This document shows, in pieces, positions 26,880 to 35,813 of a DNA stretch of 64,000 bases. This stretch comes from an uncultured Clostridia bacterium (GTDB lineage: Bacteria; Bacillota; Clostridia; Oscillospirales; Oscillospiraceae): assembly GCA_946628965.1 (NCBI GenBank), contig CAMOXI010000004.1:2639-66638 (forward strand). The letters run 5' to 3'. The notes under the pieces are model-generated. The model did no database searches. It was not told the origin of the DNA and saw nothing but the letters and a program-made list of their open reading frames with translations. The translations under genes and the position numbers were made by a program. Each line of letters begins with the position of its first letter. Within the stretch, counting starts at the first letter, position 1.

Positions 26880-27392
26880 ATGGAATTCAAGGAAGTCGTC
26901 AGAAATCGCTATTCCTGCAAGAAGTACAGCGATCGCCCGGTAGAGCGTGAAAAGCTCGCGGCGATCCTGGAGGCGGGCCGCCTCGCCCCCACGGCGAAGA
27001 ACCTGCAGGAGCAGCACATCTATGTGCTCCAGTCCCCCGAAGCTCTGGCGAAGGTGGACGCGGCCACGCCCTGCCGCTACGGCGCGGGCACCGTGCTTGC
27101 CGTGACCTTTGACCGGGAAAACGTCTTCACCTATCCCGGCGGGAAACGGGATTCCGGCGTGGAGGACGCCGCAATCGTGGCGACCCATATGATCCTGGCC
27201 GCGGCCGACGAGGGCGTGGACAGCTGCTGGCTCAATTTCTTCGACCCGGACAAGCTGGCCGAGGCCCTGGGTCTCCCGGAAAACGAGGAGATCCTGATGC
27301 TGATGGACCTGGGCTACGCCGCCGAGGGCGCGGGTCCCCTGCCGAACCACGGCAATCGCAAGGCATTAACCCACACGGTCAGCTATCTCTGA
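26880..27392 (+). CDS. Nitroreductase family protein
   Basis: 170 aa. N-terminus VVRNRYSCKKYSDRPVEREKLAAILEAGRLAPTAKNLQ is typical of the NfnB/nitroreductase fold. Confidence 0.85.
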   Translation: MEFKEVVRNRYSCKKYSDRPVEREKLAAILEAGRLAPTAKNLQEQHIYVLQSPEALAKVDAATPCRYGAGTVLAVTFDRENVFTYPGGKRDSGVEDAAIVATHMILAAADEGVDSCWLNFFDPDKLAEALGLPENEEILMLMDLGYAAEGAGPLPNHGNRKALTHTVSYL

Positions 27393-27482
27393 TCGTCATC
27401 GCCGCTCCGAAATCGGGGCGGCGAACGCACTCTTTCTTCCGAAAGGGACAGAAGAGCCGAAAAGGCAGGAGATGAGAAGGAT

Positions 27483-28388
27483 ATGAAAAAGAGAAGACTG
27501 CTGCTCGCCGTATTCTGTCTGCTTCTGCTGCTCTGCGGCTGTCTTCTGCTGCTGCGCATGCGGAAAGACCGGGTGGAGCCTGTCACCGGGATCAGCGAAG
27601 CGGGTAAGCCCCTGGTCGGGCAGCTGCTGGGCGATCTGCTGACAGCAACGGAGAGCCCCTCGGGCAGCGGCGCGCAGACCATCGCGGCCGATCTCGCGGC
27701 CATCCGGGCCCAGAGCTGCTCCGACTATGAGATCGCGAACAGCATTGCCGATCACTGGCAGCGGGTCTATCTGGATCCGGAGTACCGCCTGTATCCGGAC
27801 ACCGGCGACGCATCCTCTGCCCGCGCCGAGGCGGGCATCCCGGACAGTGCGCGCCACGCCATCGCGGTGCTGGGCTATGAGCTGCGGGACGGGCAGATGC
27901 AGCCGGAGCTTGTCGGCCGCTGTGAGGCGGCCGCCGCGCTGGCCCGGGCCTGCCCCAGCGCGATCCTGATCTGCTCCGGCGGCGCCACCGGGGCGAGCAA
28001 CCCCGAAGGCCACACCGAGGCGGGGCTGATGAAGGACTATCTGGTGAACGCCTGCGGGATCGAAAGCGAGCGCATCTTCATCGACGAGCGGGCCATGACC
28101 ACCGCCGACAACGCGGTGAACAGCTACGTCATCATGCAGGAACATGGCGTCACGAGCATGACCATCGTCACGTCCTCTTATCACCAGCGCTGGGGACAGG
28201 CGCTCTACAACGCCGTGGGCGCGCTCTACCGGCAGCAGTACGGCTACGCGCCGGAGATCATCGGCAACTACTGCTATGACATCGAGACCGACAACCCGGT
28301 CTTCCGTAACAGCGCCCGCATCGCCCTGCAGCAGATCGCAGGCGTCCTCGGTGTGCCGATGAATGCGGGGCGAGCGCCGAGGCCATGA
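27483..28388 (+). CDS. YdcF/DUF218 family protein with N-terminal anchor
   Basis: Signal-anchor or lipobox-like N-terminus MKKRRLLLAVFCLLLLLCGC. DUF218 core AIAVLGYEL..ILICSGGATG..TEAGLMKDYL..IFIDERAMTTADNA..TIVTSSYH. Confidence 0.8.
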   Translation: MKKRRLLLAVFCLLLLLCGCLLLLRMRKDRVEPVTGISEAGKPLVGQLLGDLLTATESPSGSGAQTIAADLAAIRAQSCSDYEIANSIADHWQRVYLDPEYRLYPDTGDASSARAEAGIPDSARHAIAVLGYELRDGQMQPELVGRCEAAAALARACPSAILICSGGATGASNPEGHTEAGLMKDYLVNACGIESERIFIDERAMTTADNAVNSYVIMQEHGVTSMTIVTSSYHQRWGQALYNAVGALYRQQYGYAPEIIGNYCYDIETDNPVFRNSARIALQQIAGVLGVPMNAGRAPRP

Positions 28389-28418
28389 CAGAAAAAGGGA
28401 ATCATTGTTGTTAAGCCC

Positions 28419-28447
28419 TTTACAGGAAGCGGACGAACCCGTATAAT
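28419..28447 (+). promoter_or_regulatory. Candidate sigma-A promoter
   Basis: TTTACA, 17 nt, TATAAT. About 35 nt upstream of the ATG at 28483. Confidence 0.5.
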
Positions 28448-28482
28448 GGACGCAGTTCAACAACGGGAACGGGGGCTTCCGC

Positions 28483-29199
28483 ATGAGTATCTACGTCGCC
28501 TTGTCGCTTTTCTCCCTGATCATTCTGCTCTACTGGGTAATCACGGAGATCTTCACCATCCTCTTCCGCTTCACCGGCCTGCCCGATGAGCGGGCGCGCT
28601 TTCAGGTGATCTCCCTGCTCACCGGCTGCGGCTTCACCACCAAGGAGAGCGAGATGATCCTCTCCAATCGCAGGCGCAGACGCCTGGCCCGGATCACGAT
28701 GCTCTTCGGCTATGTGTTCAACATCACGATCGTGTCCGCCTTCATCAATGTCTTCCTCTCCCTCAAGCTGAGCCAGGTGGAGCATTTTTATCTGGGTGTG
28801 CTGATCCCACTGGGCGCCATCGCCATCATCTTTATCTTCATGCGCGTGCCCGGCATCCGCTCCTGGGGCGACGGGCTGCTGCAGCGGATCCTGGACCGCA
28901 TCTTTGTGCGGGGCGAGACCTTTAATACCGTGCTGCTGATGGACTACATCGGTACGGACACCATTGCGCAGGTGCAGCTCAAGTACATCCCGCAGGAGTA
29001 CCAGGGCCTCACCCTGGCGCAGACCGGTCTCCGGGCCGGGACCGGCATCCTTGTGATGCTGGTGGAGCGCGCAGGTGAAAAGGCCCGCCCCGCCCAGGCG
29101 GACACGGTCTTCCAGGTCGGCGACAAGCTGACCGTCTTCGGCGACTATGCCACGATCTGCCGTGCCTTCCACGCCCGCGAGCACTTCGCGGATACCTGA
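28483..29199 (+). CDS. Membrane protein with a C-terminal TrkA-C (RCK-C) domain
   Basis: Four predicted TM segments, then LTLAQTGLRAGTGILVMLVERAGE..VFQVGDKLTVFGD, characteristic of TrkA-C. Confidence 0.7.
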   Translation: MSIYVALSLFSLIILLYWVITEIFTILFRFTGLPDERARFQVISLLTGCGFTTKESEMILSNRRRRRLARITMLFGYVFNITIVSAFINVFLSLKLSQVEHFYLGVLIPLGAIAIIFIFMRVPGIRSWGDGLLQRILDRIFVRGETFNTVLLMDYIGTDTIAQVQLKYIPQEYQGLTLAQTGLRAGTGILVMLVERAGEKARPAQADTVFQVGDKLTVFGDYATICRAFHAREHFADT

Positions 29200-29222
29200 A
29201 GCCAGATGCCACTGTAGTTTTC

Positions 29223-29250
29223 GCCCGGCTCCGAGGAGCCGGGCATTTTG
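29223..29250 (+). terminator. Rho-independent terminator
   Basis: GCCCGGCT-CCGAGG-AGCCGGGC followed by ATTTTG. Lies 24 nt after the stop at 29199. Confidence 0.7.
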
Positions 29251-29322
29251 CGGTTCGGGAGCCGTTTACAAAGCCGGGAAAAAATGCTATGATGCATCCC
29301 GTAAGCAGAGGGAGGCGAGGAT

Positions 29323-30144
29323 ATGCACATTCAGCTCCGGCCGGATGCCGATCTGCGGGTGGAGAAAGCAAAGATCGGCCGCGTTCCCGTGCTGATCCTG
29401 CGGCCCCGGACAGGGCGCGTCACCTGCGCCATCCTCTGGATCCACGGCGGCGGCTATATTACCGGCACGAAGGAAATGGTCTACATGAGCCGGGCCGCCG
29501 AACTCTGCAAGAAGTATCACGCGCTGATCGTCTCCCCGGGCTACCGCCTCGCCTGGCAGAAGCCATACCCTGCCGCCGCGGAGGACTGCTTTACGGTGCT
29601 CGAATACATGAGCGGCCACAGCGACACGTTGGGCTATCCCCGCTCCGCCCTCATGGCGGGCGGCGAGAGCGCGGGCGGCGGTCTCTGCGCCGCCGTGTGC
29701 ATGATGGCGCGGGACCGGGGCATCCCGGTTGCCTTCCAGATGCCGCTCTACCCGATGCTCAGCAACATTGATACCGCAAGCTCCCGTGACAATCACGGCC
29801 GCATCTGGAACACACGCCGCAATCACTTCGGCTGGCGGCTCTATCTGCGAAAAGACGCGAAAGCGCAGGTCTCCCCCTACGCCGCCCCGGCGCAGCAGAC
29901 GGATTATCGGGGTCTCCCGCCCTGCTACACCTTTGTGGGCGAGGGCGAGCCCTTCTACTGCGAGACGCTGGAGTATGTGGAGAATCTGCGGCGTGCGGGC
30001 GTGGAGGCCTCCGCGGATGTGTACAAAACCGATATCCACGCCTTTGACATGCTCTATCCCGAGCTGCCCGTCAGCCGCGAGGCTATCGCCGCCTTTGAGA
30101 GACAGTTTGAATCCGCGCTTCATCGCGCGCAAAAAGGAGAATAA
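29323..30144 (+). CDS. Alpha/beta hydrolase, esterase/lipase (HGGG, Abhydrolase_3 type)
   Basis: Oxyanion motif WIHGGGY and nucleophile elbow GESAGG. Confidence 0.85.
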   Translation: MHIQLRPDADLRVEKAKIGRVPVLILRPRTGRVTCAILWIHGGGYITGTKEMVYMSRAAELCKKYHALIVSPGYRLAWQKPYPAAAEDCFTVLEYMSGHSDTLGYPRSALMAGGESAGGGLCAAVCMMARDRGIPVAFQMPLYPMLSNIDTASSRDNHGRIWNTRRNHFGWRLYLRKDAKAQVSPYAAPAQQTDYRGLPPCYTFVGEGEPFYCETLEYVENLRRAGVEASADVYKTDIHAFDMLYPELPVSREAIAAFERQFESALHRAQKGE

Positions 30145-30148
30145 CACC

Positions 30149-30775
30149 ATGAAGAAACTGCTTTGCCTGTGTCTTTCCCTGCTGCTTGTGCTGGCGCTCT
30201 GCGCCTGCGGCGGCACGCAGACCGTCTCCACCTCCGCCCCCGCCGCGGCGGGCGGCGCGGAAGCGCCGGTCCCCTTTCAGACCGTGCGCCACGCGGAGAT
30301 TACCATCAAGGACTACGGCACCGTCAAACTGGAGCTGGACGAGGGCTGCGCGCCCATCACCGTGGCCAACTTCGTAAAGCTCGCACAAGCGGGCTTCTAT
30401 GACGGGCTGACCTTCCACCGCATCATGGACGGCTTCATGATCCAGGGCGGCGATCCGACGGGCAACGGCACCGGCGGCTCCGGGGAGACGATCAAGGGCG
30501 AATTCAGCCAGAACGGCGTGAACAATCCCATCAGCCATGAAAAAGGCGTGATCTCCATGGCGCGGGCCCAGCCCTTTGACAGCGCCAGCTCCCAGTTCTT
30601 TATCACCGTTGACGACGCTACGTTTCTCGACGGGAGCTACGCCGCCTTCGGCCGCGTGACCGAGGGCATGGAGATCGTGGAGCAGATCGCGAAGGACGCA
30701 AAGCCTGTGGACAACAACGGCACGATCCCACCTGCCGAGCAGCCGGTGATCGAGAGCATCGTGATCACCGACTGA
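30149..30775 (+). CDS. Cyclophilin-type peptidyl-prolyl isomerase lipoprotein
   Basis: ATG 30149 after AAAAAGGAGA. Lipobox LVLALCAC-G. Cyclophilin core FHRIMDGFMIQGGDPTGNGTGG..SQFFI. Confidence 0.9.
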   Translation: MKKLLCLCLSLLLVLALCACGGTQTVSTSAPAAAGGAEAPVPFQTVRHAEITIKDYGTVKLELDEGCAPITVANFVKLAQAGFYDGLTFHRIMDGFMIQGGDPTGNGTGGSGETIKGEFSQNGVNNPISHEKGVISMARAQPFDSASSQFFITVDDATFLDGSYAAFGRVTEGMEIVEQIAKDAKPVDNNGTIPPAEQPVIESIVITD

Positions 30776-30794
30776 GTCTGAGGAGGACACGAAA

Positions 30795-31445
30795 ATGAAG
30801 AAAGACAAAGCCTTTGAGCAGGAGAAGAAGCGGAAGCTCAGCCCCCGGGAAGAGCAGCGGCTCGCCCGCTTTGAGACGCTCTGCGCGGAGATGGAGCAAA
30901 AAGGCTACCGGAAACGGGAGCTCATGATCGGCATCGTCAAGGCGAATGTGGTCACGATGCTGCTGGCCATTCCCCTGTGCGCCGCCGCGATCCTGCTGTT
31001 TCTGGCTGTCAGCCCCGGCAGCCTGCATTCGCTGAGCCTGACGGAGATGATCATCTGGCTGGTCTCGTTTTTTGCCCTGACCGCGGTGCACGAGGGCATC
31101 CACGGCCTGACCTGGAGCCGCTTTACCCCCAACGGCTTCCGGGACATCGACTTCGGTTTCATGAAGCAATATCTGACGCCCTACTGCACCTGCGCGACGC
31201 CCCTCTCCAAGTGGGCCTATATTGCCGGGGCGCTGATGCCGCTCATCGTGCTGGGGATCCTGCCCTGGATCGTCTCCATGATCACGGGCTCCACGCTGCT
31301 GCTGTATATCAGCCTCGTGATGATCCTCGCCGCCGGCGGAGACATCATGATCGTGCTGGAGATCCTGAAAGCCCGCTCCGACGCAAAAGAGCAGCTGATC
31401 TACGACCACCCGACCCAGGCCGGCTGCGTGCTCTTTGAGCGCTGA
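30795..31445 (+). CDS. DUF3267 putative zincin membrane peptidase
   Basis: 216 aa, TM segments, HExxH motif HEGIHG. Confidence 0.75.
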   Translation: MKKDKAFEQEKKRKLSPREEQRLARFETLCAEMEQKGYRKRELMIGIVKANVVTMLLAIPLCAAAILLFLAVSPGSLHSLSLTEMIIWLVSFFALTAVHEGIHGLTWSRFTPNGFRDIDFGFMKQYLTPYCTCATPLSKWAYIAGALMPLIVLGILPWIVSMITGSTLLLYISLVMILAAGGDIMIVLEILKARSDAKEQLIYDHPTQAGCVLFER

Positions 31446-31454
31446 GGGCGACGC

Positions 31455-31838
31455 ATGAAGCTTGACAGCATCCACCACGCGGCGATCATCGTATCCGACT
31501 ACGCCGTATCCCGGGATTTCTACGTGAACAAGCTGGGCTTTGCCGTCTTGCGGGAGAACCAGCGGCCCGAGAAAAAGGACTGGAAGCTGGATCTGCGCCT
31601 GAACGACGAGACGGAGCTGGAGATCTTCGCGCCGGAGAATCCGCCGAAGCGGGTCACCCGGCCGGAGGCCTGCGGCCTGCGCCACCTGGCCTTTCACGTG
31701 GAGAGCGTGGAGGCGACCGTGCGCGAGCTGGAGCGCCTCGGCATCCCCTGCGAGCCGATCCGAACGGACAGCTTCACCGGCAAAAAGATGACCTTCTTCT
31801 CTGACCCGGACGGCCTGCCGCTGGAATTGCACGAATAA
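31455..31838 (+). CDS. VOC/glyoxalase-family protein (YaeR type)
   Basis: 127 aa. Contains IHHAAIIVSDYAVSRDFY..GLRHLAFHV..FFSDPDGLPLELHE. Confidence 0.85.
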   Translation: MKLDSIHHAAIIVSDYAVSRDFYVNKLGFAVLRENQRPEKKDWKLDLRLNDETELEIFAPENPPKRVTRPEACGLRHLAFHVESVEATVRELERLGIPCEPIRTDSFTGKKMTFFSDPDGLPLELHE

Positions 31839-31933
31839 ATAAGGAAAGCATAATTTCCGATCACCTTTATGAGTTGAGTAGTCTGCGGTATTCAATAACC
31901 ATTTCTCTTTCCAGGTTGTGGGAAGGAAATGGC

Positions 31934-32056
31934 GGGCCGCCGAGGGCGTCGGCCCCTACGGTGAAGAACGAACGCTTAATCGTAGGGGCGGCTATTAGCC
32001 GCCCGCATGTCAGATTGCGTACCATGCCCAGCGGGCGCGTAAGCCCCTCCCCTACA
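31934..32056. repeat. Cluster of GC-rich REP-like hairpins carrying a CCCCTAC / GTAGGGG motif
   Basis: GGGCCG-N10-CGGCCC followed by CTACG; then CGTAGGGGCGGCT-ATT-AGCCGCCCG in inverted orientation; a third CCCCTCCCCTACA follows. No plausible ORF. Confidence 0.65.
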
Positions 32057-32228
32057 ATGAGGGACGGACGTATGGGAGAAAGATGATCCCGGATTTGTAC
32101 AGCAAAGCGGCAGCAAACACTGAAACGCCAAATGCTTGCCAATATTAGGATGGCGGCGAATGCGTCGTCGCAAGCTCCATATCGTTCGCCTCCGCCAGGT
32201 GTGGCGAAGGCTCATTCATTCCGCTGCT

Positions 32229-32273
32229 CCTCCTTTTCAAAGCAAAGCATTTCGCTTTGCTTTGAAAAGGAGG
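32229..32273. repeat. Perfect 20-bp-stem palindrome
   Basis: CCTCCTTTTCAAAGCAAAGC-ATTTC-GCTTTGCTTTGAAAAGGAGG. Confidence 0.85.
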
Positions 32274-32354
32274 AAGGAGGGAGCAGAGCGCAGTTTTCGT
32301 CACGCCTGACGGAAACGGAGTGGCGTGAGCTTCTTCTGACGTTCGGGCGCGGCG

Positions 32355-32392
32355 CTATCTTTCTTTTCGGGCAAGATCGAAAAGAAAGATAG
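32355..32392. repeat. Perfect 15-bp-stem palindrome
   Basis: CTATCTTTCTTTTCG-GGCAAGAT-CGAAAAGAAAGATAG. Confidence 0.85.
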
Positions 32393-32464
32393 GGGGGCGC
32401 ATGTTGCAGCTAATCATCTATGAGCAGCCCCTTAAGAATCTATATTTTACAAGGAGAAAACGCC

Positions 32465-33118
32465 ATGCGCCGTTTGCCTGCTGACCCGATGGATTCATCC
32501 GATTTTGTTCTGCTGGGGGACTATGTGCCCGACATCGTGCAGGAGATCCGCTACTACTCCAGCTATAATTTTGTGGGAGAACGCGTCGACGGCTATGAGG
32601 AGCCTGTCGCCCTGCTGACGATGGAGGCGGCCCGGGCGCTGAAATCCGTCAGCAAGGAGCTGAACGTGCAGGGCTACCGCCTCAAGATCTTTGACGCCTA
32701 CCGCCCGGCGCGGGCGGTGAAGCATTTCGTGCTCTGGGGCATCGAGGATCTGGATCTGCGCATGAAGCCCTTCTTCTACCCCGCGCTGGAGAAGCAGGAG
32801 CTCTTTGCCAAGGGCTATATCGCGAGCCAGTCCGGCCACAGCCGCGGCAGCACCGTGGATCTGACGCTGCTGGACATGCGCACGGGCAAGGAAGTGGACA
32901 TGGGCAGCCCCTTCGATCTGTTCAGCGAGGTCTCCCACCCGGATTACCGGGGCGTCAGCGCCGAGCAGTATCAGAACCGGATGCTGCTGCAGAAGGCCAT
33001 GCTGCGAAACGGCTTTCTGCCCATCGACTGCGAGTGGTGGCACTTTACGCTGAAGGATGAGCCCTACCCCGAGATCTATTTTGATTTTCCTGTTTCGGCT
33101 TCCTGCCTGAAGCGGTGA
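32465..33118 (+). CDS. D-alanyl-D-alanine dipeptidase (VanX/DdpX, peptidase M15D)
   Basis: ATG 32465 after AAGGAGAA. Contains IRYYSSYNF, FDAYRPARAV, zinc and catalytic segment SGHSRGSTVDLTL, and EWWHFTL. Confidence 0.85.
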   Translation: MRRLPADPMDSSDFVLLGDYVPDIVQEIRYYSSYNFVGERVDGYEEPVALLTMEAARALKSVSKELNVQGYRLKIFDAYRPARAVKHFVLWGIEDLDLRMKPFFYPALEKQELFAKGYIASQSGHSRGSTVDLTLLDMRTGKEVDMGSPFDLFSEVSHPDYRGVSAEQYQNRMLLQKAMLRNGFLPIDCEWWHFTLKDEPYPEIYFDFPVSASCLKR

Positions 33119-33134
33119 TACCGGAGGCGACACT

Positions 33135-33938
33135 GTGAGCATAGAGATCAAAACCGTCAAAACCGAACGCTTTTCCATGCGCTATTTCCATTTCGGCATG
33201 GGTGCGCGCACCATGGTCATTCTCCCCGGGCTGAGCCTGCAGAGCGTAATGGATCTCGCCGATGCGGTGGCCGAGAGCTATCGGAGCCTCGCGGAGGGCT
33301 TTACGATCTATCTCTTCGACCGGCGGGAGGAACTGCCGGAGGACTATACGGTCTACGATATGGGCCGCGACACGGCGGAGGCCATGCAGGCGCTGGGGCT
33401 CCGGGACGTATCCCTTTTCGGCGCGTCCCAGGGCGGCATGATGGCCCAGGTCATCGCCATCGAGTACCCGGAGCTTGTGCACAGGCTGGTGCTGGGCTCC
33501 ACCTCCTCCCATGTGCTGCCCGAGCAGTACGCGGTCATTGAGGAGTGGATCCGCCTCGCGGAAGCGAAGGACGCGGTGGGCCTCTGCCTGGACTTCGGCC
33601 GCAGGATCTATCCCCCTGCCGTATTCGAGCAGGTGCGCGGGGCCCTGGCCGACGCGGGAAAAGCCGCGACCGGGGAGGAGCTGCGCCGCTTTGTGATCCT
33701 CGCCCGGGCGATCCGGGGCTTCTCGGTGGTGGATCGGCTGGATCAGATCCGCTGCCCGGTGCTGGCCATCGGCGACGCCGGGGACGAGGTGCTGGACGCG
33801 GATGCCACCATGGAGATCGCGGAGAAGCTGGATTATCGGCCGGACTTCCGACTCTATCTTTACACCGGCTTCGGCCACGCGGCCTTCGACACCGCGCCGG
33901 ACTACCGCAGGAGAATTCTGGATTTCTACAAAGACTGA
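33135..33938 (+). CDS. Alpha/beta hydrolase
   Basis: GTG 33135, 7 nt after GGAGG. Nucleophile elbow GASQGG. Contains LVLGSTSS and a C-terminal GHAAF. Confidence 0.8.
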   Translation: MSIEIKTVKTERFSMRYFHFGMGARTMVILPGLSLQSVMDLADAVAESYRSLAEGFTIYLFDRREELPEDYTVYDMGRDTAEAMQALGLRDVSLFGASQGGMMAQVIAIEYPELVHRLVLGSTSSHVLPEQYAVIEEWIRLAEAKDAVGLCLDFGRRIYPPAVFEQVRGALADAGKAATGEELRRFVILARAIRGFSVVDRLDQIRCPVLAIGDAGDEVLDADATMEIAEKLDYRPDFRLYLYTGFGHAAFDTAPDYRRRILDFYKD

Positions 33939-33940
33939 CA

Positions 33941-33972
33941 AAACCGAGGGAACGAAATGTCCCTCGGTTTTT
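33941..33972 (+). terminator. Rho-independent terminator
   Basis: AAACCGAGGGA-N8-TCCCTCGGTTT followed by TT. Lies 3 nt after the stop. Confidence 0.8.
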
Positions 33973-34064
33973 GCATTTACTATTTGACGGTGTAACGCAT
34001 GATATGATAGACTAAAATCAGAAATTGGGGACAGTCCCCAGAAAAAAACGGAAAGGAGCATTCT

Positions 34065-35732
34065 ATGAAAAAAGCAGTATCTCTTCTTCTGATCCTGGTT
34101 CTGTGCCTGAGTCTTCTCAGCGGCACCGCCTTCGCCGAGGGTGAGGAGCGCAGCGCCGACGTGGTGATTCTCTTCACCAGCGACGTGCACTGCGGCATCG
34201 ACCAGGGCTTCGGCTACGCCGGTCTCCAGCAGATCCGCGATTACCTGATCGCCGGGGGCAACGAGGTCATTCTCGTTGACGACGGCGACAACATCCAGGG
34301 TGAGCCTGTCGGCACCATGACCAAGGGCGAGACGTGCGTGGACCTGATGAACAAGATGGGCTACAGCGTCGCCATCCCCGGCAACCACGAGTTCGACTAT
34401 GGCATGGAGCAGTTCCTGGCCCTGACCGAGAAGGCCGATTTCGACTACATCAGCTGCAACTTCAACAAGAGCGGCGAGCTGGTGTTCCAGCCCTACGTGA
34501 TCCGTGAGCTGGACGGGCTGAAGATCGCCTTTGTCGGCGTGACCACGCCTGAGACCCTGACTTCCTCCACCCCGCGCTACTTCCAGGATGAAAACGGCGA
34601 GTTCGTTTACGGCTTCTTCCAGGATGAGACGGGCGAGGGCGTCTACAATGCGGTGCAGACCGCGGTGGACGACGCCCGTGCCGAGGGCGCCGATTATGTC
34701 GTGGTCATGGGCCACATGGGCAATGAGGAAGCCTGCCGCCCCTGGACCTATGACGATGTGATCTCCCACACCAACGGCATCGACGTGTTCTTGGACGGCC
34801 ACAGCCATGACACCAACCAGGTCACCATGAAGAACAAGGACGGCGAGGACGTGCTCCGCTCCGCCTGCGGCACGAAGCTGGCCTGCATCGGCTGGTGCCG
34901 GATCGACAAGGAGGGTAAGCTTTCCACCGGTCTCTACACATGGAGCAACCCGGATTCCGCTCCCAAGATGCTGGGCATCCGGAACGAGATGGCCGAAGCG
35001 GTCGCCGCGGCAACCGATACCCTCAATGAGAAGCTGGGCGAAGTGGTCGCCACCTCCCAGGTGGATCTGACCATCAGCGACCCCGTGGAAGTGGACGCCA
35101 ACGGCCGTCCCATCCGCATGGTCCGCCGGGCTGAGACCAACCTGGGCGACCTCTGCGCCGACGCCTATCTGAACCAGTCCGGCGCCGACATCGCCTTTGT
35201 CAACGGCGGCGGCATCCGCGTCAACATCAGCGCGGGCGACATTACGCTCAACGATATCCTCAAGGTTCACCCCTTCGGCAACGCCATGTGCGTGATTGAG
35301 GTCACCGGCCAGCAGATCCAGGACGCTCTGGAGTGGGGCGCCCGTGCGATCCCCAGCGAGAACGGCGGCTTCCTGCAGGTCGCGGGTCTGACCTACGAGG
35401 TCCACAGCTACATCGAGAGCTCCTGCGTGACCGATGAGAACAACATGTTCGCCGGCGTCGAGGGCGAGTACCGCGTCAAGAACGTGATGGTCGGCGGCGA
35501 GCCTCTGGACATGGACAAGACCTACACCCTGGCCAGCCACAACTACATGCTGCTGGAGCACGGCGACGGCTACACCATGTTTGACGGCGCCAAGATCCTG
35601 CAGAACAGCGTGAAACTGGACAACCAGGTTCTGATCGACTACATCGTTGATACCCTCGGCGGTGTTGTCGGCCCCGAGTACGAAGAGCTGACCGGCCAGG
35701 GCCGCATCGTGATCTACGACGAAGCGCCCTGA
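34065..35732 (+). CDS. Secreted bifunctional metallophosphatase / 5'-nucleotidase
   Basis: Signal peptide, then metallophosphoesterase motifs ILFTSDVHC, DDGDNIQG, GNHEFD, GHMG, GHSH. C-terminal 5'-nucleotidase domain contains FVNGGGIR. Confidence 0.9.
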   Translation: MKKAVSLLLILVLCLSLLSGTAFAEGEERSADVVILFTSDVHCGIDQGFGYAGLQQIRDYLIAGGNEVILVDDGDNIQGEPVGTMTKGETCVDLMNKMGYSVAIPGNHEFDYGMEQFLALTEKADFDYISCNFNKSGELVFQPYVIRELDGLKIAFVGVTTPETLTSSTPRYFQDENGEFVYGFFQDETGEGVYNAVQTAVDDARAEGADYVVVMGHMGNEEACRPWTYDDVISHTNGIDVFLDGHSHDTNQVTMKNKDGEDVLRSACGTKLACIGWCRIDKEGKLSTGLYTWSNPDSAPKMLGIRNEMAEAVAAATDTLNEKLGEVVATSQVDLTISDPVEVDANGRPIRMVRRAETNLGDLCADAYLNQSGADIAFVNGGGIRVNISAGDITLNDILKVHPFGNAMCVIEVTGQQIQDALEWGARAIPSENGGFLQVAGLTYEVHSYIESSCVTDENNMFAGVEGEYRVKNVMVGGEPLDMDKTYTLASHNYMLLEHGDGYTMFDGAKILQNSVKLDNQVLIDYIVDTLGGVVGPEYEELTGQGRIVIYDEAP

Positions 35733-35757
35733 GTACCCGGAGAATTCCTTTTCACAG

Positions 35758-35791
35758 AAAAAACATCCGCCCCGCGGGGCGGATGTTTTTT
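35758..35791. terminator. Bidirectional terminator between convergent genes
   Basis: AAAAAACATCCGCCCC-GCGG-GGCGGATGTTTTTT. Confidence 0.85.
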
Positions 35792-35813
35792 GCTTGTATG
35801 GAGCGTATGGAGC

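Noticed and set aside
31867-32142. 91-aa and 70-aa ORFs in the non-coding island (peptides containing GRLIAAPT, VGADALGGPP)
   Set aside because: They are translations of GC-rich hairpin repeats, with no SD and no plausible fold. Treated as repeat DNA.
33045-35561. 838-aa minus-strand ORF, one of the longest in the track
   Set aside because: It is antisense to three genes with clear family motifs: the VanX-type dipeptidase, the alpha/beta hydrolase and the 5'-nucleotidase. Its translation is low-complexity Ala/Gly/Val/His-rich with no recognisable domain. This is a typical high-GC antisense artefact.
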